A stretch of 64,000 nt of DNA from Ophelia neglecta (taxonomy: Eukaryota): positions 144,460,001 through 144,524,000 of the forward strand of contig OZ260661.1 in assembly GCA_965285935.1 (NCBI GenBank), in the 5' to 3' direction. Below, piece by piece: positions 1 to 13,527 of the stretch (its first letter is position 1; the number at the start of each line of letters is the position of its first letter). The position numbers and the translations under genes are program-made. The notes beneath the pieces were generated by a model. The model did not search any database. It was not told the DNA's origin and was given only the letters and a program-made list of their open reading frames with translations.

Positions 1-139
1 CCTGCCATAACAGCCAACCCCCCTTAGAGATCGGCAGCTGGGCCCGAAAACAGACCCAGTGCTCTATACAGGCGATAAGGCCACATTAACCCCTCTCGTG
101 TACATCTAAACATATGGGATTCCGAATGTTCTCGAATAA

Positions 140-625
140 CGCTCCGGACAACTAGTTAGCAGAGACCACTCAGTGGCATGTGATGTTCTCTTGCTCCGGA
201 CATCTAGTTAGTAAAGACCACTGCTCCGGACATCTAGTTAGTAAAGACCACTGCTCCGGACATCTAGTTAGTAAAGACCACTCGCTGGCATGTGATGTTC
301 TCTTGCTCCGGACATCTAGTTAGTAAAGACCACTGCTCCGGACATCTAGTTAGTAAAGACCACTCGGTGGCATGTGATGTCTCTTGCTCCAGACATCTAG
401 TTAGTAAAGACCACTGCTCCGGACATCTAGTTAGTAAAGACCACTCGCTGGCATGTGATGTTCTCTTGCTCCGGACATCTAGTTCGTAAAGACCACTGCT
501 CCGGACATCTAGTTAGTAAAGACCACTCGGTGGCATGTGATGTCTCTTGCTCCGGACATCTAGTTAGTAAACACCACACGGTGGCATGTGATGGTAACTT
601 GCCCTACCACTCGATGGCATGTGAT
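140..625. repeat. Compound minisatellite: 30-bp unit gctccggacatctagttagtaaagaccact interleaved with a ~22-bp spacer
   Basis: About 11 visible copies of ccggacatctagttagtaaagaccac. Confidence 0.95.
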
Positions 626-1244
626 GTTGACGAGATTATGAAAGCAGTATATTTAAAATTTATCTTCATCACATTGGTGCCATTATCAGATTATCCACAA
701 TAGAAATTATGATGTCGAAGAAAAACAGAAATACAGCAGTAACACCTGGCCCCGGATAAGAACTTATATAATTATCACAGGCCATTGCTGTTTATACATT
801 CACAAATATCCGGGCTAAGAAGATCTCGTTCTTAAACAAGTTGTACACGTTATTCGCATAGGGCTGCTTACGGGACATTTGTTTTAAACCTAGTATATGC
901 ACCAATGGTCCTTAGAGATGAACCCAGAGACTGCCTGAAATCAATGCACATTCCCATCCCCCGCTCTCAGTGTAGTCACATTATACACAGGCCGCCGACA
1001 GCCGACACAGAAACCGACACCATCAGAGATGATGTATAAGTTTCAGGGTAGAAGTCTCGCACAGAGGACCCACAGGAATTCCTATTGGAGAATGACACGC
1101 TGATGAATTCACAAATCATTTCAAGCGTCTGACTGAGTCAACGCCATCTGTAGGAAAGAACGAAACCGATAAAGCTGGTTTAAGAAATAATATAATCAAA
1201 AAATGCTATAGTGGAGTTTGAACCACAAGTATGCGAAATACACT

Positions 1245-1410
1245 CTATATGGGACCCCTTGTGGTCATTGACATTTTTTTTATATTTAGCCATTGGGGTC
1301 ATGGATATTATATATATGGGACCATTGGTGTCAAAGTCATTAAATTATATATGCAGTCATTAGGTCAATAGACATTTGAGATATGGGACCATTGGGGTCA
1401 TGGACATTTA
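1245..1410. repeat. Degenerate short tandem repeat (atatgggaccattggggtcatggacattt-like)
   Basis: About four diverged copies. Confidence 0.6.
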
Positions 1411-1631
1411 TGATAGGGATACAACACACGGATATATATGAATCGTAGGTTGTAAACGCCTGTAATGAAACGCCACATCTTATACAAAATACAGGAGACA
1501 CGCTGTAAGGATAAAAACGAATCACAAGTAATGACATGGCTGTTGCCATTATGAATAATCAACCTGTAAATAAGCTAAAACAAGGAAATATCTATAATTA
1601 ATTTCTCTTGGCCAATGCATTGTTTCTGCGT

Positions 1632-1850
1632 GCAGGGCCCGGTTTTCGGAAGCTTTATTAACAATTAACTAAGATTAAAAGCAGGATTGAAGTGTTTAAT
1701 CGGCCTTAACTTGCTAATCGGGGTTTCTGGGAGCTGGATTCGGTTTTAAAACTAATCTTATTGGTTAAATTATTAAGTTAATCCGGCTCAGTAGACTAAC
1801 TAATCGGCAATATGGTAATCTAGTCCCTAAACTTAGATTCCTTTCAGAAA
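1632..1850. mobile_element. Diverged MITE, same family as 1981-2223
   Basis: Starts cagggcccggtttt; internal ttaacttg(c/a)taatcggg..agctgg shared with the next copy. Confidence 0.6.
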
Positions 1851-1980
1851 TCGCATACAGGTAATGTTCCCATACATTTATGGGACATTCTCATGCAGGA
1901 AATCATCACGAATTAACAATGGGAGCCATAATGTCCTCTGCCCAAAGTATAATCTGTCACCTAGCTACTGCACAATCGTA

Positions 1981-2223
1981 CCTGGGCCCGGTTTCTAGAA
2001 ACGGACTTAAGTCTTAACTCGGATTAATCCAGGAATAAAATGCTTAATCAGTCTTAACTTGATAATCGGGTCTCTTAAAGCTGGTATTGGTCTTAAACCT
2101 AGCCATTTTGGTGTTAAACTTAATCTTGGTCAATGTTAAAGCCGATTGACGTTGTCTTAGATAAAGGGTAATAAGCTAATGTAATCCAAACACGTAAGAC
2201 TGCTTCAAGAAACCTGGCCCTGG
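1981..2223. mobile_element. MITE with ~20-bp TIRs
   Basis: cctgggcccggtttctagaa ... ttcaagaaacctggccctgg; further copies at 57849-58078 and partial 58125-58265. Confidence 0.8.
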
Positions 2224-3507
2224 ATTACAAATGTCCAGAGGTCAAAATAGTCCGTGGCAATTTACGTCAACGGCAAAAACCGTCGAAATCGTTCTGGTTA
2301 TCAGTGATTACCTTAAATGAAATATCCATCTGGTATTCTGTGGACATGAATTACAATGGTCGAATAACTCACTGTGGCCTTATGGGTTTTCATGGCAGTG
2401 TGCTCCCCTAATCGATATTGAGCAAATATCCCTACAGAAAACAGACCGAGAAAACATCTGCCTCCGTGGCCTACTGTCCCTTGAGTAATTGCTGGTGCCG
2501 CCTTAAGGCCAGACATGTTCTGTGTGAACGCAATTGTTTACTCATATAGCTAGATCTAATTAGCAAGAAACATCTGCCATGTATAATTCATTGTGGGAGA
2601 ATTATAACAGTAATATGTCAAACAAAAAATGAGCTCTAGCCTGTTCAGAACTGGAAACTGTCATTTCATCCTGACCAAAGAATACGCCATTCAAAAGCAA
2701 CCGACTATAATCCGTGAACAAGAGATCATGCACGACACGGGTGATAATGACATCAGCCCCACATTCGGTAGTACATATAACATTATTCATACAAGATACA
2801 TTTACTAGTGAGAACCTAGAGCACCTCAACACAGCAGAAGCACGTGTTAATAACTTATGGCAGGCAGATGCGACATTTGTTCGAGCCTTCATTCACGTGC
2901 TTGGTTAAGCGGCAGCCTTCAAATCCTGCACCTGTATGTGTGGCGCTGCTAAGGGTTTCTGCCATTTATGTTTTAGGTTGTATGTTTTGAACCTATCTTG
3001 AGTTTCAATACAACTTTATTTCCAATTTGGTGAAAACTCTTATTACCTATAATTAATGATTGTAGGCTATGGTCAGTTTTAAAAATGCCTATAGCATTTT
3101 GAAATGTTTCAACAACAATAAAACCAACTTTCGTATATTCGTCTTTTTGCCTATTCTTAATGCATTCCTTACTATTCTTTTCCCGGCGTTTGAAGGATCA
3201 CGAGAAATTTTCTTGTATGGTAATTGTTCCTGTTCTTTAAGTATTCCCACTTCGTCCAAACCGTCTAATTCTTAATATGACATTCCATTATACAGGCGTA
3301 TCGACTGTTCAGCAATTTATAATAAAAAACTTGGCATGTCGGGTCATTTGAAGAATCTGCAACAAACTATGTTAAATAGGGAGTCAAATTACCACCCGCA
3401 GGTCACATTAGCACGAGGGGGTCACGATACCACCCGATGAGCGCAATACTACAAGAAAGTCACATTACCAGGGTTGTACCACAAAGGAAGCCGATTACAA
3501 TTGTAGT

Positions 3508-3632
3508 GTTTTGCCATAAGGGATAGTAATGTACGATAACAATTGGGGCGTTTTGCCATAAGGACTAGTAATATACGATAACAATTGGGACGTTTTGCCA
3601 TAAGGGAAAGTAATATACGATAACAATTGGAG
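3508..3632. repeat. 42-bp tandem repeat, 3 copies
   Basis: ttttgccataaggga..gtaatatacgataacaattgg. Confidence 0.9.
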
Positions 3633-4985
3633 CCTTCCCTCATTATGCCCTCCCGGTATCCTACATTGTTCTTGTTTCATAGGTGGTAAGCGCAGATTCT
3701 GTTACCCGGTTTAATTGTTATAGACTCGCACATACTCTCTTGCTGAATGGTTTACAAAGGACAAACTCGGGCATAGGATTTCAATCTCTAGAGTCTAAAG
3801 GCACAACCTGCATTACACATTTGCTGTATTGTGGGTTTATCCAGACTTAACTCCCCTAAGCACACAGTACCCATCCCCTCGGCAATGATAAACAGTCCCC
3901 CTGAAACCAAATGGTCTATGGCGACACTCCGTCATGCTACCTCTAATGGATTGAACGTTGATTGTCGAGATTATATTCCGAGCAGAAACCCAAATGAGGC
4001 AAGATAATAGTGATACATAAGCTTGGCAACTGCCTGCCTATTTGGTCTTAGTACATGCATAGCTTGTTTCGCCAGCGTTTGGATTGAGAAAGGGAGCAGA
4101 CCCAACAGATGATCGAGAGGTAATTGATCTGACAGTTGACATTTTTTCGGATAAGTACCGGGACTGAGTGTGCTTAACATTTATTAGTCCGTATGTACTA
4201 CTCACTGGGAGGATCTAGGTCACAGTGGCAAGGCTGTAAAACACCAACTCGAATCCCATTGGTTGACTTTTGGCATTCGAATAAAATTCCGTAACATTAA
4301 AACGATTCTAGCTGCTTAGCTGTCAAAAAATGTATCATCCAATGTTCATATAATATAAAAAAAAATTCATTGTAGTTTATTTATGTCCACATACTATCAG
4401 GAAATCATGGCAGGTTATTCATGTCCACACAATATCAAAAAGTCATGGTAGTTTTTATTGTTTTTTTGTTCAGTAGATCGTGTTTTGTGAGGTCCTCTTT
4501 ATTTGCGCATGCGTAATCGGCATATCACTCACTAAGGGTACTACTACAAGAGCAGCCACAAATTCTGAAAACGGATAAAATATTTATATTTTATAAATAT
4601 TTATAAATGGTGAATTTTCGTACACCCATAAAGACACGCACATTGTCCAGATTAGTGTACAAATAAATGCCCATTTTGCCACAATCCAGGGTTGTAGTTT
4701 GGTTTATCAAGGTTTCTATTCAACTAGTAACGGTCTAGTCATATGCATGCCAATAAGCGTACTAAACTATTATAAACAAATTAGTTGTGAAATAAAATGT
4801 GGCGTTTCCTATCACTTCACGCTCTACACTTGAAACGAGAGACAACTACTTCCCCCAAGTGTAAATACATGGTTCTTTGGTTCTGTGTACCTCATGGTGT
4901 GCTTACTACTATTTCCGAGAGTTGCTTGTCTAGTTTGATATTCTATTTATCAAGCTGTGAAGTAGTATTACCTTGGTGCGTTGAT

Positions 4986-7084
4986 GGCAAAGCATATAAC
5001 ATATAGCGGATACGAGGGAGCACTACTTCTTACCAACATTTTTAATGAAATCATAAAGCAAGAATACATACCCATGAACTTTAAGCGAGGCATCGAAATC
5101 CCGCTCTATAAGGGTGGTGATAAAGACCGCCATAGTCCTGATAGCTACAGAAAAATCACATTACTTACCTCAATATGTAAAGTATTCGAGGGAACCCTTC
5201 TTGGACGGCTGGACACTTGGCTCAAAACGGACCGACGACTCGGCAGACTCCAAGGTGGATATGTTCCTCAGTGCTCAAGTCTACACACTACTATCGCCCT
5301 ACGTGAGACAATAGCTATTAACATGACAGGAGGAGGGGAGGTATATGTCGCCTTCCTCGATTGTCAAAAGGCGTTTGACTCGGTTTGGATCCCTGGTTTG
5401 TTTTGTAAAATGTTCCAGATGGGGATAACAGGTAAAATGTGGAGACTGCTACTTACCTGGTATGATGGTTTCCAGGGCGCTGTACGCATTGGCGACACAC
5501 TGTCAGACTGGTTCCCTGTTCAACAAGGAATACACCAGGGGGGCATGATGTCAATGCCAACATTCATGATGAACTTCGCTGGTCTTCTTAACCTTATTGA
5601 GGAGGCTGGCGTTGGGTGTCACTTGCAGGATATACCTACATCGTGTCCTTGTTTTGCCGATGATGTCTCTCTTGTCGCCCTCTTCCGCAGGAATCTCCAG
5701 ATAATGTGTGACATAGCAAGGAATGGCGCTTCCATTTCAATGCTTCTAAATGCGAAGTGATGACTTTTGGTTTAAAAAGACCAACAGAGAGTGCAGGTAC
5801 TATACTCCTGGGACTATCTCCGATGCGTGAAGTGACTGAGACAACCCATATGGGAGTACCTATTGTGACTGATTGGAGGAAACTCAAGGAGTTTATAGAA
5901 ACCCGTATAAGCAAAGCCAGGAAGAAGTGCAATGCAATGTGGGGACTTGGCCATTGCACGCGAGGTGGACTTCTCCCTTCTGTCGCATCAAAACTTTACT
6001 GGACAATTGTAGTTCCGTCGTTAGTCTACGGACTAGAAATCCTGCCGCTTAGTGACCCACTCTTAGAGAGGATGGAGGCAGAACACCGGCAAATGGCGAA
6101 GGCATTCCAGGGGCTTCCCTCGCGATGCGCTAACCCGGCCCCGACAGCTCTTTTGGGATGGTGGTCTATAGCCTCGCACATAGACAAACGGCGACTTACT
6201 CTTCTCAGGGACCTCATCGCTCTGCCAAGCTCAAATGTCTACAAATGTATGGTAAATTGTGTCTTGTCCAGCATATTAGAAGGTTGCTCATTCAACCCCA
6301 TGAGTCCTGTCAGCATCTTGTTTGACACGGCAGTGAAGTATGGCCTTGACGGAGAATTTAGGAACATGGTATTGACTGGACATTTCCCTGGGAAAGAATC
6401 CTGGAAACGGAGAGTCAGAGGAGTTGTTAGCCTTACCCAGAGCTATCATTGGAAAATTAGCGTACTAATGTACCCAAAACTCACCGTATTCAGGGATGCA
6501 GCATATGACATCGAACAAAACATATGGTGGCGTACGGCAGAAAATTATCCTAGCACATTAAAGGCATGTAAAACAATGGTGCGTCTTATTTGTGGGGAGG
6601 GTTTCGGCCCAACAGAAAAAACTTGTTGCTTATGTCATGGGCAACCAACTCTACAGCACCTCCTTTTTATGTGTCCGGCCCTTGCACCCCAACAATCGCC
6701 TCTATCAGCGGCGCTCGCACAGTCTTTCGAACTGAAGTCAGCATATTTGGTATGTATCGATATCCTCGCTTCTGGGAACCCCGACTTAGCTAATATTGTC
6801 GATAATATATTGACTACAAGGTCCCGACTCATTAATGGCCACTAGGACACGTTACTAAGTATTAGAGAAAAAAGATAAAAAGTTAAGCATACCCACTCTA
6901 ATCAGCATCGTTTTGTGATTATAATGCTTACTTTATGTGTTTATAACATATTATACAACTCCATATATCTATGTATTTTGCTTTTCTGCATTAATTTTGT
7001 CTCTTCTATTTTCACCTATATATATATAAATGTTTGTACTCTCTCCAACGTGGAGGTAAAATAAATAAACAAACAAACAAACAA
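4986..7084 (+). mobile_element. 5'-truncated non-LTR retrotransposon (LINE): RT domain plus C-terminal CCHC, one frameshift near 5720
   Basis: RT motifs YRKITLL, LDCQKAFDSV, QGIHQGGMMS, FADD; frame changes into WRFHFNASKCEVM; C-terminal CCLC..LQHLLFMCP; stop at 6845; 3' hairpin ctcc..ggag then aataaataaac(aaac)n tail; possible TSD ggcaaa (4986-4991 / 7085-7090). Confidence 0.92.
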
Positions 7085-7732
7085 GGCAAAATCATAAGTC
7101 AAGAATATTTCAATTAGTCGGTCCGAAATTCATATCAAGTATATGTGTAATTAAAGGCAAGGGTTGACTAGAAAACCTACTATATGTTCAAGGTCACAAG
7201 TGTGTCATGAATAATACTATTCTTCACAACCGATTAATATGAACTAACCAAAAGAAGTCTTCGTTCAGAGCATTTCTGTTTCACCAGTAGAATTGATTAC
7301 ATGATAATAGATTATTGTTTTAGACCAATGTCTAAGACACATGTCACGCAGACCGTTGAGTGACGCGTGTTTTGCATGGGTTTGGTATTTTGGCTTCCTG
7401 CACCTGCAGTCACATGTCAAGACAAATAGTGTGTCTATTGCACAAGGGCGCGGCTCAGGATCATAGACTAGAGGCTTAAAAAACAGATACTGCCTCGAAT
7501 GTTGTTTAATTCTGACAATAAACTATTGCAATAGGCATAGGTTATATGAAGATAATTTATGGACGAAACACGAAGGCGTTGGGTAAGTTTGATATAAGCA
7601 CCATACGCACACAAGGAATAACCAAATATAGTCTGGGCAGGGTCGTTAGTAGTAAAGATCTAATTGGGTGATTTAGGCACCGGAAGTAGTCGTTCATCCA
7701 GACAGGAGAGTTTATAATAACCGAACGATTTT

Positions 7733-10700
7733 ATGTTTGTGGGCCTGTTCAGGACGGAACTGGGATTGGTGTTTGAGGGCCTGTACGGGACGGAACTGGG
7801 ATTTATGTTTGTGGGCCTTTAGAGGACGGAACTGGGATTGATGTTTGTGGGCCTGTTCGGGACGGATCTTGGATTGATGTTTGTGGGCCTGTAGAGGACG
7901 GAACTGGGATTGATGTCTGTGGGCCTGTAGGGGACGGAACTGGGATTGATGTTTGTGGGCCTGTAGGGGACGGAACTGGGATTGATGTTTGTGGGCCTGT
8001 AGAGGACGGAACTGGGATTGATGTTTATTGGCCTGTAGAGGACGGAACTGGGATTGGTGTTTGTGGGCCTGTAGAGGACGGATATTGGATTGGTGTCCGT
8101 GGGCCTGTAGGGGGCGGAACTGGGATTGATGTTTGTGGGCCTTTAGAGGACGGAACTGGGATTGGTGTTTGAGGGCCTGTACGGGACGGAACTGGGATTT
8201 ATGTTTGTGGGCCTTTAGAGGACGGAACTGGGATTGATGTTTGTGGGCCTGTTCGGGACGGATCTTGGATTGGTGTTTGTGGTATGTACAGGATGAAACT
8301 TGGATTGATGTTTATGGGCATGTAGAAGATTGACCTGGGATTGATATTTGTTGGCATGTTCAGGACGGAACTGGGATTGATGTTTGTGGGCCTGTAGAGG
8401 ACGGAACTGGGATTGATGTTTGTGGGCCTGTAGAGGACGGAACTGGGATTGGTGTCTGTGGGCTTGTAGGGGACGGAACTGGGATTGATGTTTGTGGGCC
8501 TGTAGAGGACGGAACTGGGATTGATGTTTATTGGCCTGTAGAGGACGGAACTGGGATTGATGTTTGTTGGCCTGTAGAGGACGCAACTAGGATTTATGTC
8601 TGTGGGCCTGTAGAGGACGGATATTGGATTGGTGTCTGTGGGCCTGTAGGGGGCGGAACTGGGATTGATGTTTGTTGGCCTGTAGCGGACGGAACTGGGA
8701 TTGATGTTTGTTGGCCTGTAGCGGACGGAACTGGGATTGATGTTTGTTGGCCTGTAGAGGACGCAACTGGGATTTATGTTTGTGGGCCTGTAGGGGACGG
8801 AACTGGGATTGATGTTTGTGGGCCGGTAAGGGACGGAACTGGGATTGATGTTTGTGGGCCTGTAGAGGACGGAACTGGGATTGATGTTTGTGGGCCTGTA
8901 GTGGACGGAACTGGGATTGGTGTTTGTGGACCGGTAAGGGACGGAACTGGGATTGATGTTTGTGGGCCTGTAGTGGACGGAACTGGGATTGGTGTTTGTG
9001 GGCCGGTAAGGGATGGAACTGGGATTAATGTTTGTTGGCCTGTTGAGAAAGTAACTGGGATTGATGTTTGTGGGCCTGTAGGGGACGGAACCGGGATTGA
9101 CGTTTGTGGGCCTGTAGAGGACGGAACTGGGATTGGTGTTTGTGGGCCGGTAAGGGACGGAACTGGGATTGATGTTTGTGGGCCTGTAGGGGACGGAACC
9201 GGGATTGACGTTTGTGGGCCTGTAGTGGACGGAACTGGGATTGGTGTTTGTGGGCCGGTAAGGGACGGAACTGGGATTGATGTTTGTGGGCCTGTAGGGG
9301 ACGGAACTGGGATTGATGTTTGTGGGCCTGTAAGAGACGGAACTGGTATTGATGTTTGTTGGCCTGTAGGGGACGGAACTGGGATTGATGTTTGTGGGCC
9401 GGTAAGGGACGGAACTGGGATTGATGTTTGTGGGCCTGTAGGGGACGGAACTGGGATTGATGTTTGTGGGCCTGTAAGGGACGGAACTGGGATTGATGTT
9501 TGTGGGCCTGTAGGGGACGGAACTGGGATTGATGTTTGTGGGCCGGTAAGGGACGGAACTGGGATTGATGTTTGTGGGCCTGTAGAGGACGGAACTGGGA
9601 TTGGTGTTTGTGGGCCTGTAGAGGACGGAACTGGGATTGATGTTTGTGGGCCTGTAGAGGACGGAACTGGGATTAATGTTTGTTGGCCTGTAGAGAAAGT
9701 AACTGGGATTGATGTTTGTTGGCCTGTAGGGGACGGAACTGGGATTGATGTTTGTGGGCCTGTAAGGGACGGAACCGGGATTGATGTTTGTGGGCCTGTA
9801 GTGGACGGAACTGGGATTGGTGTTTGTGGGCCGGTAAGGGACGGAACTGGGATTGATGTTTGTGGGCCTGTAGAGGACGGAACTGGGATTGATGTTTGTT
9901 GGCCTGTAGGGGACGGAACTGGGATTGATGTTTGTGGGCCTGTAAGGGACGGAACTGGGATTGATGTTTGTGGGCCTGTAGGGGACGGAACTGGGATTGA
10001 TGTTTGTGGGCCTGTAAGGGACGGAACTGGGATTGATGTTTGTGGGCCTGTAGAGGACGGAACTGGGATTGATGTTTGTTGGCCTGTAGAGGACGGATAT
10101 TGGATTGGTGTTTGTGGGCCTGTAGAGGACGGAACTGGGATTGGTGTTTGTGGGCCTGTAGAGGACGGATATTGGATTGGTGTCCGTGGGCCTGTAGGGG
10201 GCGGAACTGGGATTGATGTTTGTGGGCCTTTAGAGGACGGAACTGGGATTGGTGTTTGAGGGCCTGTACGGGACGGAACTGGGATTTATGTTTGTGGGCC
10301 TTTAGAGGACGGAACTGGGATTGATGTTTGTGGGCCTGTTCGGGACGGATCTTGGATTGGTGTTTGTGGTATGTACAGGATGAAACTTGGATTGATGTTT
10401 ATGGGCATGTAGAAGATTGACCTGGGATTGATATTTGTTGGCATGTTCAGGACGGAACTGGGATTGATGTTTGTGGGCCTGTAGAGGACGGAACTGGGAT
10501 TGGTGTCTGTGGGCTTGTAGGGGACGGAACTGGGATTGATGTTTGTGGGCCTGTAGAGGACGGAACTGGGATTGATGTTTGTGGGCCTGTAGTGGACGGA
10601 ACTGGGATTGATGTTTGTGGGCCTGTAAGGGACGGAACTGGGATTGATGTCTGTGGGCCTGTAGAGGACGGAACTGGGATTGGTGTTTGTGGGCCTGTAG

Positions 10701-12440
10701 AGGACGGAACTGGGATTGGTGTTTGTGGGCCGGTAAGGGACGGAACTGGGATTGATGTTTGTGGGCCTGTAGAGGACGGAACTGGGATTGGTGTTTGTGG
10801 GCCGGTAAGGGACGGAACTGGGATTGGTGTTTGTGGGCCTGTAGAGGACGGAACTGGGATTGATGTTTGTGGGCCTGTAGGGGACGGAACTGGGATTGAT
10901 GTTTGTGGGCCGGTAAGGGACGGAACTGGGATTGATGTTTGTGGGCCTGTAGGGGACGGAACTGGGATTGATGTTTGTGGGCCTGTAAGGGATGGAACTG
11001 GGATTAATGTTTGTTGGCCTGTTGAGAAAGTAACTGGGATTGATGTTTGTGGGCCTGTAGGGGACGGAACCGGGATTGATGTTTGTGGGCCTGTAGTGGA
11101 CGGAACTGGGATTGGTGTTTGTGGGCCGGTAAGGGACGGAACTGGGATTGATGTTTGTGGGCCTGTAGGGGACGGAACTGGGATTGATGTTTGTGGGCCT
11201 GTAAGGGACGGAACTGGTATTGATGTTTGTTGGCCTGTAGAGGACGGAACTGGGATTGATGTTTGTTGGCCTGTAGAGAAAGTAACTGGGATTGATGTTT
11301 GTTGGCCTGTAGGGGACGGAACTGGGATTGATGTTTGTGGGCCTGTAAGGGACAGAACCGGGATTGATGTTTGTGGGCCTGTAGTGGACGGAACTGGGAT
11401 TGGTGTTTGTGGGCCGGTAAGGGACGGAACTGGGATTGATGTTTGTGGGCCTGTAGGGGACGGAACTGGGATTGATGTTTGTGGGCCTGTAAGGGACGGA
11501 ACTGGGATTGATGTTTGTGGGCCTGTAGGGGACGGAACTGGGATTGATGTTTGTGGGCCTGTAGAGGACGGAACTGGGATTGGTGTTTGTGGGCCTGTAA
11601 GGGACGGAACTGGGATTGATGTTTGTGGGCCTGTAGAGGACGGAACTGGGATTGATGTTTGTGGGCCTGTAAGGGACGGAACTGGGATTGGTGTTTGTGG
11701 GCCTGTAAGGGACGGAACTGGGATTGATGTTTGTGGGCCTGTAGAGGACGGAACTGGGATTGGTGTTTGTGGGCCTGTAGAGGACGGAACTGGGATTGAT
11801 GTTTGTGGGCCGGTAGGGGACGGAACTGGGATTGATGTTTGTGGGCCTGTAGAGGACGGAACTGGGATTGATGTTTGTGGGCCGGTAAGGGACGGAACTG
11901 GGATTGATGTTTGTGGGCCTGTAGTGGACGGAACTGGGATTGATGTTTGTGGGCCTGTAAGGGACGGAACTGGGATTGATGTTTGTGGGCCTGTAGAGGA
12001 CGGAACTGGGATTGATGTTTGTGGGCCTGTAGAGGACGGAACTGGGATTGATGTTTGTGGGCCTGTAAGGGACGGAACTGGGATTGATGTTTGTGGGCCT
12101 GTAGAGGACGGAACTGGGATTGATGTTTGTGGGCCTGTAAGGGACGGAACTGGGATTGGTGTTTGTGGGCCTGTAGAGGACGGAACTGGGGTTGATGTTT
12201 GTGGGCCTGTAGAGGACGGAACTAGGATTTATGTCTGTGGTCCTGTAGAGGACGGATATTGGATTGGTGTTTGTGGGCTTGTTCAGGACGGATCTTGGAT
12301 TGATGTCTGTGGGCCTGTAAGGGACGAAACTGGGATTGATGTTTATGGGCCCGTAGACGATTGACCTGATATTGATGTTTGTGGGCCTGGGATTGATGTT
12401 TGTGGGCCTGGGATTGATGTTTGTGGGCCTGTAGAGGATG
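7733..12440. repeat. 4.7-kb satellite array, 36-bp unit gatgtttgtgggcctgtagaggacggaactgggatt
   Basis: About 130 tandem copies; explains ORFs 8901-10259, 10286-12499 and 10592-12364. Confidence 0.98.
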
Positions 12441-13527
12441 GTTCCGGATGAAAAATAAAAGTCTTGATAAGAGTTTAGGTGTGTCTGCCGAGTAATCATT
12501 CTGGCTTTTATAGGCCTTAATAATTTGATATGCGTCCCACATATTAAAGATAACTCATCCTACCACTCGGTTTGTTTGTCGAGTATCGGTCCCCATTCCT
12601 CAACGTGCCAGGTAGGAACTGATTTAGTGAAATTCTAATACATATGGTTACAGTCAACCGAATGAAAGAACATAAATCCGTCACTTTCGCCTGCGAAATA
12701 ATTTTCCAGGATATATACTACTATGTTAATCAGCAATAACTTCATACATTCCATACCTCGCTGCGTTCTTAAACATGTCTACCACATAGTTATCATTGAT
12801 TTTCATGAAGACAAACAGATGTTTTACCGGTCTGGTATCCTAAATTCTGAATTGAATAATTTAAGTGGAATAATCCCCCACATTCTACACAAATCTTTGA
12901 GACAGGGTTAAGTAGAATTCATGGCATATCATTTAAATCCAGTATTATCCTCCCAACTACGCGGGAAATCTGGTTGGGGCATGGCAGCTATTTTGGGATG
13001 TTTGTTGTGCACCATGGAATAACAGCCGACGGGAGAATAAGTTGTTCTATGACAACCTACATCAGAACGTCGATTTGAATCTTGAAACCCATGAATCACA
13101 ACTGGAAATTAGTGAAAAGCTAGATTATTACTGACATTTAAGAAAGAAACCTACAGTCAACAAATTCTCCATTTAAAAGCTGTTACCCAAGGAATGTCAC
13201 TATAAACTGGCCTTAAAATATGTCTCGTGGAGTATGTTCGACCGTGGAAGCTTCTGCAGGCTAGTCTGGTGGAATCAAAAGACTCTGGAACAGAGAATAC
13301 CCAAAAGCAAATGACATTTGTGAAAAGAACAATTTGACATTGCCAGCCGAAAGAATGGAACACGGACGTAGATACGTTAGCCTGTGTCACGAACCAAATA
13401 GCTTAGACTTTTCTAACACTAAATGCAGGGTTGAAAACTCTCAAAGCCGATAACAGGTGTAGTTTTAATGACCAGAACATAAGACCTCCATACACAGTCA
13501 TCGCCCGGGCCCTAGCCTAAAAACCAC

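Noticed and set aside
8901-12499. Long repetitive ORFs of 452, 590 and 737 aa (GTGIDVCGPVED / RPTNINPSSVLY)
   Set aside because: A 36-bp satellite open on both strands because the unit is a multiple of 3 and lacks stops; no unique domains, signal peptide or splice context.
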